64,000 nucleotides of DNA, taken from Botryllus schlosseri (taxonomy: Eukaryota). Both the position numbers and the translations under genes were made by a program. The stretch lies in NCBI GenBank assembly GCA_051294905.1, contig CM119372.1, forward strand, positions 30,878,001 to 30,942,000. The letters run 5' to 3'. The notes under the pieces are model-generated. The model had not been told where the DNA came from. It saw nothing but the letters and a program-made list of their open reading frames with translations, and ran no database searches. Below, in pieces: positions 40,546 through 52,602 of the stretch (within the stretch, counting starts at the first letter, position 1; the number at the start of each line of letters is the position of its first letter).

Positions 40546-40999
40546 CCAGTTTAGTTCTGAACGGGCAAAGTTGTCAGACTTCAAGGAGTAGCTGTCCCTA
40601 TCTTGCACTTTGCACATATCACTTAAGATCAAGGTATGTGAAATGAAGCATCGAGATTTAAATTGATAAAAATTGCACATATCACTTAAAGGGGTACTGC
40701 ACTCAAAAAATGATGTGGTCTCAAATTGAAGGGCAAAACGAAAGAAAAATTTTGGCCGCAGCCGTTTTCTTCAGAACGCCACCGTAATGGAGCTGTAATG
40801 TATTGAAATTTCCAGAGTTGCAGCACGCTCCGGCAGTCACGCAGAGATCGAACTTTATATAGTTGTCAGCCGATGTTATGAAGGTAATAGTATTAGTAAT
40901 AGTAAGGTAATAGTATACACGCAATAAGGCGCTCTATCGCTCATGCATACGTAGAACTATCAAACTACGCAAGTATAGCGGTATAGCCGCAGTCTATAA

Positions 41000-41459
41000 C
41001 AGGGATGGGAAAACGCGACTCGCGAGCCGCATGCTGCTCTTTGAGCCTTTGATTGCGGCTCTTCAATGAGTGTGCAATGTGCATTCGGTGATAATGAGCG
41101 TACGCCAGTGTGCCTTTTGCGTCAAGGTTCGCCCAATAATCACAAAGCTAGTATTTAACCATCATTACGAAACCAAACACCAAAACCTTAATTGCCACGA
41201 GTTACCCAACAAAGACATATTTACGAAGTAGGCCTATTATGATTACCGAGCTCCGCACTGTTTGACGTCATATCAGCCCGATTTCAAACACCTTGCAGCC
41301 AAGGTGGAGACGCATCGTAGTAATAATAAACTTCATTCGATACGCCACATTTCCTTGTGACGGAATAAATTGGTATATATCAATTTTTGTGTTGTGACTC
41401 TTTTAAGGCAGCGATTTTTGATATGCGGCTCGCGCGTGAAGCAGCTCTGCCCACCCCTG
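41000..41459. mobile_element. hAT-Charlie-like MITE
   Basis: CAGGGATGGGAAA...CTGCCCACCCCTG, TSD GTCTATAA/ATCTATAA. Confidence 0.75.
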
Positions 41460-41628
41460 ATCTATAATAATTTATCGGCCAAAATATGGGATAACATATG
41501 AAACATCAGAAAGTTCAAAAACCGATGTGGAGCAATAGTAAGGGCATTTTATGAAATATTTCACAAATCTGTGAACTATATTGTTACCAAACAATTTCTT
41601 CACCAATATGTCTTTCAAGGTCTCTTAT

Positions 41629-42719
41629 AGATTACCAGTGAACTCAGACCTCGGTGAACTCAGCCTTACAAACTCGGCCCTCGGTGAACTCGGCCCTCGG
41701 TGAATTTTGTTTTAAAACAGAATTTACTGAATTTGGTCTCGATCAAAAGCTACTGTCGCACTGATTCCGAAACTATAAATGAAGATGAGGTCCTCTTTTC
41801 AGACTTCCAAAATATGGTAACCCTAGATAATATGACTGGGGTATATTCATGTCAGGGCACCCTAATCTTGGGATACCCTAACTTGGACCCTAACCCACCA
41901 CCAACCCGACTATCCCCTCCTTCAAACCTAATATCCTCCCTTCCCCAACACTAATTTCCCTTACCCTAATATCCTACTCCAACCCTAATGCCCCCAAACC
42001 CCAACCCTAATGTCCCTCCTTCCCTAACCCTAATCTTGGGATACCTTAACCCCAACTTGAACCCTAACCCACCACCAACCCTAATATCCCCCACCCTCAA
42101 TATCGCCCTCCCCCTAATATTTCCCTCCCCCAACCCTAATGCCACCCCCTACCCTAATGTCCCCCTTCCCCAACCCTAATGTTCCACTACCCTAACCCTA
42201 ATGTCTCCCTTCCCCCCTACCCTACCCAAACCTAACACCCCACCTCAACCTACAGTTGCAATAACGAGCAGACAACGTGTGGTTGATATGTGAGCAATAA
42301 CAATCGTTGGGATATATTTTTCATCTGAACAAGTCACACACAATGTACAATGCGATAAGACCCAATGCGATGTCATGAACAGATACGAGGATGTCAAACG
42401 TCGCACGTCCGCCCCTCGCCAAGTCAATTCAACATTGAGCCGACACGCGTGGTCGATATGTGAACGTCGCGTTCTTTCCCGCGCTTGGCGCTTGCGCAGT
42501 CCGTGATCACGTGATATGATCACGCCGTGACTGCGTGATCTACGCATGCCCTGACCTCCTTACAATATTGACAAATCACTTGATAATGACATTATTAGTA
42601 TATTAATTCATATTAATACTTGTTAAAACACTTTATTACAAAATTTCCCGAGGTCCGAGTTCACCGAGGGCCGAGTTTGTAAGGCTGAGTTCACCGAGGT
42701 CTGAGTTCACCGGCAACCT
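41629..42719. mobile_element. TIR element with (CTCGGTGAA)n subterminal repeats, 6-bp TSD and (CCCTAA)-like core
   Basis: ~80-bp TIRs, TCTTAT duplicated on both sides, CCCTAA/CCCTAAT-rich tract at 41850-42240. Confidence 0.85.
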
Positions 42720-44568
42720 TCTTATAACATGTGTTAAAATGTTGAAGTTCAACTCTTGTTGGAAACCCAGAAAAAAAGCTGTTAAATCTGAAAAAATAAA
42801 ATAAATTAAAAATATTTAATTTTTTTTTTTATCGGCTATAAGTAACTCAGGATGGGTTTAATAATGGTTTTTCATGATTCTCAATTGATTGTTAAAATTT
42901 ACATTTTTCTACAGACTGTTTTGAGGAAATCTATGTAAAAGTGATGGCACTGATGGCATAGCTATACCGTCATAAGTGCACCAATCAGTAATTCGATACT
43001 GAACGATTCAACAAATTCTGTATACTGTAATACTGGGTAAAACACACATATATAGGCTTAAAACCAGTACAGTAATTCCTCAAACACAGTACTAAGCAAT
43101 GCAGAAAGGGGTAAAACGGTATTTCTGTATCAATCCGTTTTGTAAGATAGACACAATTGTACCGAAGTAAAAAAGCGACTATGAACCCAGCACGGCTATG
43201 CGTGAGTTCATTGTCGATTGTGACTGAATTCTGTTGTTTCACCATAATTTCCGATCCTTGGCTCATGGATCAGCTTGGATCAGCCTCTCATCTATCCAGG
43301 TAACACACTATGATCTGCGGTTTGGGTCATTAAAGCCTACGATCTTGAGTTTCAACATTCCGACTGGAATGGCTGGATGAAGAGAATCAATGCTAATGAT
43401 GCATAACAGCGGACACAGATCGAGTTCATTCCAGTTGTTGAAGAAGACCCCGATGACCTCAAAACCTTCTCCACCACTCTTAAAGAGTGCACACAGCATT
43501 CTATGGCCGCTATAGTGACCGTCGGTCTTCCGATTCTGTTGAAGGCTATATATATATAATGAAACAGACAAATTCCAAGGTTGGGTGGTTTTCACCTATT
43601 GAAATCATATCTTGGATTAATTGGTCACAACATGGAATATTCTGGGCTACTAGATGTGATCCAGTTGATCTATGCTGGAAGCACAGCCACCAGCCACATT
43701 ATGGATGGTGTTTTGACAAGGCAATCCGTGCTCACCTCCTCACCGATGCAGCCATCTATCAACATACCATGGAAATTGCCTTGACTGAGGATAAGCGTGG
43801 TGAAATGAAGTCATTCATGGAAAAGGTGGCTGATGGAGAAATGGAAGCCAGACACTGTGACCCAGTAGTGCGAGTATTTGAGCGAAAGTTTGAAGAAACG
43901 TTCAACCGATTAGTAAAACGAGGAAGAGCACCTGCACTTTGGGTGGAGTACCACTACATGGTAGATATGCCCAAGGTCTTTATCAGAACCGCGTTGACTC
44001 GCAGACCACAATGGGAATCGGTCCTGCATTGTTACCAAGATGCTTCACACCTGCAGTCCATCATCAATGGTTCTCAAACTTTTTTCGACACGCCCATGAA
44101 AGTAAAAAATTCACCCCCCTCTTATCGTCAACGAAAAATATCAAAAAGAGCAACCAGAATATTTGCAATCCCAATGCATTGTTTGGAGGCACGAGAGAAA
44201 TTGTGGCCGTTGAGACACTTCTCAAATATGGAGTTCCAGTTAAATACTTTAAATAATTTATTAAACATAGCCATGTCTAATGATAACATGTAGCACATTG
44301 ATATTTTAGCGATTTTGGTGCGTAACCTCTTCTATTACCCCACTTGAGCGTAGCTCGAACAGACCTGACCACAACCTAAATCAAAAATCAATGGCAGCTT
44401 CACGTATTTACCAGTTACACTTCATTCAGGGACATTTTCTTATTTGTGAAGGTCCGGTATCCCTCAAAATCAATAGTATCAGTGCATGGATGGTACGGCA
44501 GAATAATGACATTTCAAATCGAAATCTAGGCCCAATTACGATTACTGCCATCATTGTTGCCATTCACT

Positions 44569-44723
44569 AGTGGAAGCGGAGTTATTGCCGTCGAAAAATT
44601 TGGATTTGAATAAAATAGTATTTACGGTGACCGATTCTTTGTTTATTTATTACAGTTGTGCTCACCGTAAATACTATTTTATTCAAATCTAAATTTTTCG
44701 ACGGCAATAACTCTGCTTCCACT
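44569..44723. repeat. Inverted repeat (hairpin) with ~62-bp arms
   Basis: AGTGGAAGCGGAGTTATTGCCGTCG...TACGGTGA is mirrored by TCACCGTA...CGACGGCAATAACTCTGCTTCCACT around a ~31-bp spacer. Confidence 0.9.
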
Positions 44724-44927
44724 GGTTGGAATTAAACCAAATTTGGTGAGGATCGTTTCTATAGACAGCCTAACACTTTCATGGGGTGAACAGAAAATTT
44801 TCGAATTTTTATTCTTCTCCTGTAGCAAAGCGGTTACTGGCTGGAATTGAACCAAATTCCGTGTGTAGGCTTAAATTAGGTAACCTAACAACTTTATCAA
44901 GTAACCAGTACGATTTGAGAAAAAAAG

Positions 44928-45675
44928 TCATTTTTGAAGAGCCCTACTGAGCACTGCTGGGTCGGATTCCCAGGCTAATTTTGGCCGTGGCTTGCTAAGG
45001 ACCTCACCGAGCGTTTCACGGGCTGCATCCTTGACTGCTGCTACAAGTGGCGCAAAGGCGGTCGGTATAGCATTTTGGATCTCGAGGGGGTGGAGTGTGT
45101 GCATGGTAAAGACATTCATCTTATTTGCGTCCTTGAGATCGAACCAATTTGGTAGCGGCTCCTTCGGTGTGCGCTTCGGGACGAACGGGAGGTGTTCACG
45201 AAGCGTGGCCAACACCAAGCGATGGTCACTGCTGATCGTTAGCATGCGCACCGTTGTTGTTGTTTTTGGGGTATTCATGGTGTTTGTTGACTACTATGGT
45301 CATTTACACCAGGCCGATATTCTTCTTATTTTTCCGTAACTGCCGACTTGTAGCACGGCCCACCTCTAGGCTTTTGTAAGACACCGCTGACGCGGATGAG
45401 GTGGCGAGGATGCGCACCGTTCGGCAGTTCGTGAAATGGCGCCGTGCGGGAGCATTGCAGCAGATATAATCCAGCCGTGTGTTGCGTTGGCGCATACCGT
45501 CAAATGTCGTCCTACGCTTCGGCTTCATAGAGAAGTTGGCATTGAGAGGAATGAGGTCGCAGCGGTCGAGTAGATTAGTAAAATGCTCCGAGTTGCTGTT
45601 CTCGTTGCCAACTGGGAAGCGAACTCGCTGCGAGCGCTCGGCCAATGTGGCATTCATGTCCCCAAGCATGCCATA
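44928..45675 (-). mobile_element. RTE-like LINE endonuclease fragment
   Basis: APE motifs GDMNA, N-x-N, T-x-LDY and SDHRLV split over two broken frames. Confidence 0.75.
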
Positions 45676-46869
45676 CTTACGTGATACGGTATTGGTGTAT
45701 CTTATATGTAATTGTGCCACTTTCGAACAAAATTGCAAATCAAATTTGTATATGAAGTCAATGCATTTCGTAGTGACTATTCGGCCCGATTCAATCCCGA
45801 TAATTTTTATAACTTTGGGCCCGAACCCGAAAAGCCCGGCCCGACTTCCATCTCTGGTACCTAGGCTTTGACGGTTACAGCAGTTCGCCAAAAGATACAA
45901 CATGTTCTCAAGGAAGACTGCTGCAGGAGTGATCAAACCAGAGACACTACCTCTAACAGAGGGTGTAGCTGCCCAGTGCAGAACGTTCACTCCGCGAGTA
46001 CGTGCAGTTGCAGACCCGGGATTGGATTCTTATACAGAACATGTCTCCGAACCCCAGCGATTACGGATGGACATTGGACAATAGACGTTCAATAGAACCG
46101 TTGGCTCATGATAAGCTATTGCAGTTTACAGGATGTAGTTGTCATAAAGATTGCAACGATCGAATATACAGCAGCAAGAAGAAGGAAGAGACATGCCTTT
46201 CGGCATGTGGACTATGTAGAGGCCTTATAACGCAAAAATTGCAGTCACGATGATGTTGAGTCCGAGGAAGGCATAGGCAATGCCTGTTGAAATGTCTGAT
46301 ATTGTGCATGAGAAATAGGCTACCTCTTCAGTGAACATAGCTATGCGAAATAAAGGCTATTTTGCGCATAAATATAAAAGTGGGTGTGGGGTTTTTCACT
46401 AAGCAGAGCTTGTAGTGAAATATAAGTGTTAACAATCAATTTAGAATCATGGAAAACCATTATTAAACCCGTCCTAACCTACTTACAGGCGATAAAGATT
46501 TTTTTTATATTTTATTGATTTTATTTTTTAATTCGTCAAATTTAACAACTTTTTGGGGGGTTTCCCACACGAGTTGAACTTCAACATTTTAACACATGTT
46601 ATTTCACACCTTAACAACCATATTGGTGAAGAAATTTATTGGTAACAATATAGTTCACAGATTTTCATAAGTTTCCCTTACTACAATACTCTATCCACAT
46701 ATATATCCATGATATACCTACCATTATAAACGTGTGGGCGATATTCGTTCGATTTAACATAACATCGTTGGGTTATATTTTTCATCTGAACAAGTCACAC
46801 AAAATGCACAATGCGATAAGACACAATGCGTCATGAACAGTTAGGAGGATGTCGAACGACACGCATCAG

Positions 46870-47160
46870 TAGCGATCCTTTACTCTAACATCCACCTATA
46901 GGTTAGTTATCTATAATCCACCTCGGCCCAGAGTGCCCTTTGTCACAGCTCTTTTCGATGTTGATCTTTTTTGAAGCCGCGGCTCTTTCTACTAGTTCTT
47001 TCTATTCCTTGTGAGTGCTTTCTTTCGTCGGGTCTTTTACTTGGCTTTCATGTCGCCGTAAGAACGGTAACGGCGGGGGAAGAGGAGCCCAGATAAACCT
47101 CCGACGGGAATCGAGCCCGATCCGTCGGATTGATGGGCGCTTATCGTAACCACTACCCTA
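46870..47160 (-). mobile_element. tRNA-derived SINE, second copy
   Basis: Collinear with 39040-39152 + 40390-40545; B-box-like GGCTCGATTCC. Confidence 0.75.
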
Positions 47161-49574
47161 TTTCCCCCGCTAAAGCAAACAAGAAGGTTGGTTGAGGCGA
47201 GCAAATTTACGACAACGTAAGCTATAAGCTCCGATCACTGCGTTGACGATCAATTCATTACTGACGTAACAATGGAGGCTCGGTAAAACGCACAATCATT
47301 GAGTGATCGGTTAACAATCCGAACTTATACAAGATACGGCGATTTAGTCGACATCGATTACTTGATGACTTGAAATTGACTCGTAAATTTTGCTTCGAGT
47401 CACGAGGCAATCTGCATTTCTGAAGCGCCGAGTCAAGTCAAGTCAAGTCATTTTGGCTAAGTGACTCGAGTCAAGTCAAGTCAAACGAAAAAGGTGACTC
47501 GAGTCATCCCAACACTGTCTCCTAGGTCCGCGGACTCCGTATTGATAGGTTAAAGCTTTCACATGGCTCTTTTGTTAAAACAACTAAAAGGACGGCAGTG
47601 CTTGTCGTGCGATGTATGAAGTCGACTGTCAACGGTTCGCAACTAACTACAACTAAGACACGACGATAGTGAAGGCAGTCAATCGGCAATCACGGCAATC
47701 GGACGAGTAATTGGATGGGTATAGCCTACTTACAAGCGTAGCTACGTTAAAAATAATGCTACAAGACTACTAACAGCTCGATCAGGCACTCGATTAGGGT
47801 CAGCCCCAATTCGAAATAGACTTCATGGTCACAATACTGCAAGTGTTGTACACCGGGCTGTTCAAAAGTAGGCAACAGCAAGTATCGTTTCAGACCAGTG
47901 ATATTGATTATGTCAAAGCCAAGAATAATTTTTGAACAAAATTCATTAAATTTGGACAGTAGCATACACTTTGCAACATTTGAAAATGTAATAGGTTAGC
48001 AAACACGAAAGTCGAAATTGAATATTCGTATTGTAGTATAGGCCTAAACCCGACTATTTTCGGCTGACATTCGTTAGGGGTTATCGTGAGCGGGGAGCAG
48101 AGAATTCAGAAGAAATCGCATTTAATATCTGTTCGGGGTGGAACTAGGATGATATAATTACGGCTATTATGAGTTTACCTTCTCTGTTTCTATCTCTATT
48201 TTGAAATTTCTGTGAACGGCGTCATGTGAAAGCTTTTGCAACTTATAATGCTAAGGTAATGAGATTACTTTCAAAATTGTGAAAACAGCGCATATCTCAT
48301 CAAAATCAAAATTTGGTAATTCCAGAAATTATATTTGAGATTCAGGTTGCTGCATACTAAAAGACAAATTCCAGAGCTGAATTTGCAGATTAATTTGCAC
48401 AGTTTCACGAGAATTGGTGTAAATAAATTCATGTAAACAGTCGAACTACAGACCTGCAGTATCGGGCACTCTTTAGAGCAGAGGTCTCAAACACGCGACC
48501 CGCGAGAACATTTTGTGCAGTCCGCGACGGCATTTTGGAATTTCAAGTATCCTATTCGACAATATATTCAAATGCCACTTATCTTTTTTAGATATAAGAA
48601 ATCAAAGTTCACCCTAGAACTACTATATAAATAACTGAAATCTCAACAAACTACACTATCACGTCACTTTTAAAAGCTACCATGCGGTAGAAGATCAGCA
48701 TTTACGTCACATTTCTAGTTCATGGTGATAAAACATGACCCGTTGATGATTCGTGACTGGAAATTGTGATTTGGTTTGGTGCGACCTTTCGTAAAATTAC
48801 TCGATTTCGGATTGACTGGCTGAATAAATTTAAAAAAATAACTCGAGTTGAGTCTGGTCAAATGTTAAAATCAGAGAAGGACTTGCGACTCGAGACGGTG
48901 ACTTATTGGTAATCGCACGGACGCAACAATCTATTAAACTGTCATGGCGAATAGTAATATATCAAAAGGTCGTAGCTTGTGTTGCGTATAGGGTATATAG
49001 CTATCTAATCAGGTCGGTATGGCAACCATCGGCATTATGTGCCCCCGTGTGCACGATGTATAGTTGGTTACATGCTGGCTGTTGTTTGTTCTCTTTACTA
49101 TGTTATTATCGGTGGCGAGTAAGATAGTAGTACGCCCCACAGCTGTAACACCAATGAATTCATCGGCGATTGGACATTTCTATTCCCGGGGTTCTTAACC
49201 AGGGTCCGTAGACCCCTTCGTGGTACGAAGCACCACATCAAGGGGTAGGAGATGCAGACAGACAGACAGACAGACATTTTATTGCTTCGTCAAACAAAAA
49301 AGTTGACTGGAGGTGACGATATGGCCTATAAAGGCCTTGTTACTCGTCACCTCCATGGCAGTGAAATAATCAAGTGCACTCATCCCAATAAATATAACAG
49401 TGGACAGTCTGCAACATGAAAGAAAATAATAATCACAAATAGAAGACAATAATACACACAAATATATAACAAAGACAGTAGCCATGGCAGCATACTAGGT
49501 AAAGCAATATGAAGTCAATAAATAGATGTAGGCCTATAATTTATAAATCAACGGGTACTAGATAGCAGATACTC

Positions 49575-52571
49575 TCATTTCTGATTATAATTTGAAAAAA
49601 GGTAATCCTGGTATTGGGTTTTAAATTCATGCTGAGGTAGCTCTTTGATACTGTCGGGCACGTCATTCCAAATATTTGGGCCCATATATTCAATGGACTG
49701 TTGGGTCAGTCTGGAGTTCATACGGTGAACATAAAAATGACCAGATTCCGATGATCTAGTAGAATACCCATGCACAGTGGAAGATTGCTCAAACAAGCTA
49801 TTAAAGTAAGGGGAGATATTACCGTTTGTGAATTTATGCATCAGGTTGGCTATTTCATAATTATACAAATCGGGTAGCTTAAGTATCCTGAGAGCTAAAT
49901 AACCAGGAGTAGCAGATGATCTAGAATCTATGCCACATATATTTCTTATGGCTCGATTTTGGATGACACAGATTCTGTTTAAATCCGTCTGATTGGCCTT
50001 CCCCCATACACATAATCCATAAAGCAGATGAGGGTGAAATAATGAGAAATATATGGTTCTCAAGGTCTGTCTAGGGAGAGAATGTCTCAGTCTCGCTAGA
50101 ATTCCGGCCGTAGCAGATAGCTTTTTACATAGATTGAAAATGTGGGTCTTCCATTTAAGATTGGAGTCAATGATAATTCCCAGATATCTTGTATGGGTTG
50201 AGGGTGCAATAATGACATTAGATACCCTTAGTGAAAAAGTTGAGGTAGCTTTACAATTGAAGACCAGTACCTGAGTCTTAATTGGATTAATGGTTAGTCG
50301 GTTGGTTTTCATCCAAGCAGTCATCTTACAAATCTCGGAATTAGCTTTGGTTTGTAGAGAGGTCAAGTCTGTAGCAGATATAAGTACACAAGTATCATCA
50401 GCAAATAAGACCGAGGTCTCCGAGATACATGCAGCAACATCATTGATATAAAGACTGAATAATAGGGGTCCTAAAACGGAGCCCTGTGGCACACCACACA
50501 ATATGTCACCCTTTTCAGAAGGTAGGTGATCCTTACTGCAAACATATTGACATCGATTGGTAAGATAGCTTGTAATCAAATCCAAGGCTACACCTCTGAT
50601 TCCATAACACGAGAGTTTACTTATAAGTATTGAATGATTGACAGTGTCGAAAGCTTTTTTTATATCAAGAAAAACAACACATGAAATCATACCAGAGTTG
50701 TGTCTCTGATAAATTTTGGAAGTAAGGGCAAGAATTGCTTGATTAGTGTCAAGATTTTGTCGGAAGCCAAACTGGTTGTCTAGTATGACAGAGTGAGCAT
50801 CGAGGAAGCTGGTAAGTCGTCGATGCAGTAGCTTTTCAAAAATTGTTGACAAGGATGGTAGGATAGATATGGGGCGGTAGTTGTTGACATTGTTTTTATC
50901 ACCTGACTTAAAAATAGTGACAACCTTGGCAACCTTCAATGCATCTGGAAATATCCCTAATGAAATAGAACTGTTGAAAAAATGGACCAGGTGTCTAGAG
51001 ACCAAAGGAAAAATCAATTTTAGTAGTTTAATAGGAATTCGATCACATCCTTCTGCTTTGTCATTCTTGAGTGAGTACGCTAAGATAATCATTTCCTCTT
51101 CTGTGGTCGGAGAGAGAAGTATCGAGTTGGGAACACTACGGATAGCTGCTGTAGGGGAATCATTGCTTGGCGGTACTTTGGATGCTAGGGTATTACCGAT
51201 AGAACAGAAATGTTTATTGAATAAGGAGGCTATGTCGTGAGAATTAGAAGTCGGTACTCCCTGCTCATCTGTAATGGTCGTTGGCAGTGTACCTTTAGCC
51301 GAAGGACGATTTATTATGCTATTGATCGTTTTCCAGATTTGCTTAGGATTGGTTTTATTTCTGTGAAACAGCTGATAATAATACATCCGTTTTGCTTTAG
51401 CTTTGATCCTGGAAAGTGCTTTGGCATACTCTTGGTATTCAATTTTGGATTCGTCTGAGCCTAGTGATATCCATTTTCTATGAAGACTATTTCGTTTTTT
51501 AACGGCCCTAAGAATACTGGCAGTTATCCAAGGTTTCAACAGCAATTTTCTTTTTTTTCTACTCAGTTTTTGTAGAGGCATGTGTCGATCAATTAGTATC
51601 TTCACTACTGACAAGAAATGTTCGAATGACTGATTGAAGTTGCCATGGCAAAGAGTGGGAAGTTCATTGGATGAGAAGAATTCCTCTACATCATCTGTCA
51701 GAAGTTCACATGCTTCAGAATGCATACTGCGCCGGTATATCGGTTGCATATTATCTTTTTGACGTTTTTTTGACAACTTAACCTGAGCTAGAACAGGGTA
51801 GTGATCAGTCATAACATAGTCCAACACCATAGGTCTAATATTGATAATGGAAAGATTGGTGTATATGTGATCAATAATGGTGGAAGAGGTAGCTGTGACT
51901 CTAGTGGGTTTTGAAATAACGGATGCAACTCCTTTAGATCGTAGCATAAGGAGATAGTCCTGGTGCGGCGCTAAATCTGATAGGTGATCAATATTGATGT
52001 CTCCCATTATGAAAAATTGGATGTTTCTTTGCTGCAGTTTGTTGAGAGTACTACTGAGATCACTTGTGAATTCTGAAATATTGAAGTTAGGGTGACGATA
52101 GATGACACCAACAACAGTATGCTTATTTCTAATTCTAGGATTAGAAATTTCCACCCATAATTGTTCAACACCACTGCATTTCAAGTCATATTCATGAACC
52201 TGTTCGGAGTTGATATAGGACTTTAGGTAAAGTCCTACACCACCAGCCATTCCCTGTGTAGGAGAATTTAGGTAGTAGTAGCCGTTGATATCAATTGAGG
52301 TATTCGGTTCACCTTTTAGCTTAGTTTCCGACATGGCAATCAAGCAAGGTATACTATTTAAGCTAGCAATCAAATCACTCAGCTCATCCAAATGACAAGG
52401 CAAGGACCTTATGTTAAGGTGAATCATTGTAAACTGTTCATATTCTTGGATTTGACTTAAAATAGGCAATAAATGGTCACGCGTTGTCACAATACAGTCA
52501 CTAATATTTGGGTATTGCATATCCTGGAAATTGGGGGAACCGTCAGCATTGATTTCGTTTGGAGAAGACAT
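49575..52571 (-). CDS. LINE ORF2: AP endonuclease plus reverse transcriptase, 998 aa, uninterrupted
   Basis: APE motifs NIRS, SETK, GDINID, IDHIY, TDH; RT motifs NYRPISIL, QFGFR, LDIKKAFDTV, GVPQGSVLGP, FADD, YLG. Confidence 0.97.
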   Translation of the reverse strand: MSSPNEINADGSPNFQDMQYPNISDCIVTTRDHLLPILSQIQEYEQFTMIHLNIRSLPCHLDELSDLIASLNSIPCLIAMSETKLKGEPNTSIDINGYYYLNSPTQGMAGGVGLYLKSYINSEQVHEYDLKCSGVEQLWVEISNPRIRNKHTVVGVIYRHPNFNISEFTSDLSSTLNKLQQRNIQFFIMGDINIDHLSDLAPHQDYLLMLRSKGVASVISKPTRVTATSSTIIDHIYTNLSIINIRPMVLDYVMTDHYPVLAQVKLSKKRQKDNMQPIYRRSMHSEACELLTDDVEEFFSSNELPTLCHGNFNQSFEHFLSVVKILIDRHMPLQKLSRKKRKLLLKPWITASILRAVKKRNSLHRKWISLGSDESKIEYQEYAKALSRIKAKAKRMYYYQLFHRNKTNPKQIWKTINSIINRPSAKGTLPTTITDEQGVPTSNSHDIASLFNKHFCSIGNTLASKVPPSNDSPTAAIRSVPNSILLSPTTEEEMIILAYSLKNDKAEGCDRIPIKLLKLIFPLVSRHLVHFFNSSISLGIFPDALKVAKVVTIFKSGDKNNVNNYRPISILPSLSTIFEKLLHRRLTSFLDAHSVILDNQFGFRQNLDTNQAILALTSKIYQRHNSGMISCVVFLDIKKAFDTVNHSILISKLSCYGIRGVALDLITSYLTNRCQYVCSKDHLPSEKGDILCGVPQGSVLGPLLFSLYINDVAACISETSVLFADDTCVLISATDLTSLQTKANSEICKMTAWMKTNRLTINPIKTQVLVFNCKATSTFSLRVSNVIIAPSTHTRYLGIIIDSNLKWKTHIFNLCKKLSATAGILARLRHSLPRQTLRTIYFSLFHPHLLYGLCVWGKANQTDLNRICVIQNRAIRNICGIDSRSSATPGYLALRILKLPDLYNYEIANLMHKFTNGNISPYFNSLFEQSSTVHGYSTRSSESGHFYVHRMNSRLTQQSIEYMGPNIWNDVPDSIKELPQHEFKTQYQDYLFSNYNQK

Positions 52572-52602
52572 AAAGATAAATGCTCGACAAGAAAATAATG
52601 AT

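Larger units (their letters stand above)
41520..46690 (+). mobile_element. Degenerate Academ-like DNA transposon with long TIRs
   Basis: 41530-41628 plus 42720-42900 is an inverted homologue of 46425-46690. Internal ORF pieces include ALWVEYHYMVD-x2-KVFIR, KPETLP-x-TE, P-x-DYGW and a Cys-rich end (CSCHKDC...CLSACGLCRG). Superfamily assignment is from motif recall. Confidence 0.6.

Noticed and set aside
41850..42240. True telomere or chromosome-fusion site
   Set aside because: Degenerate and enclosed within TIRs and a TSD.
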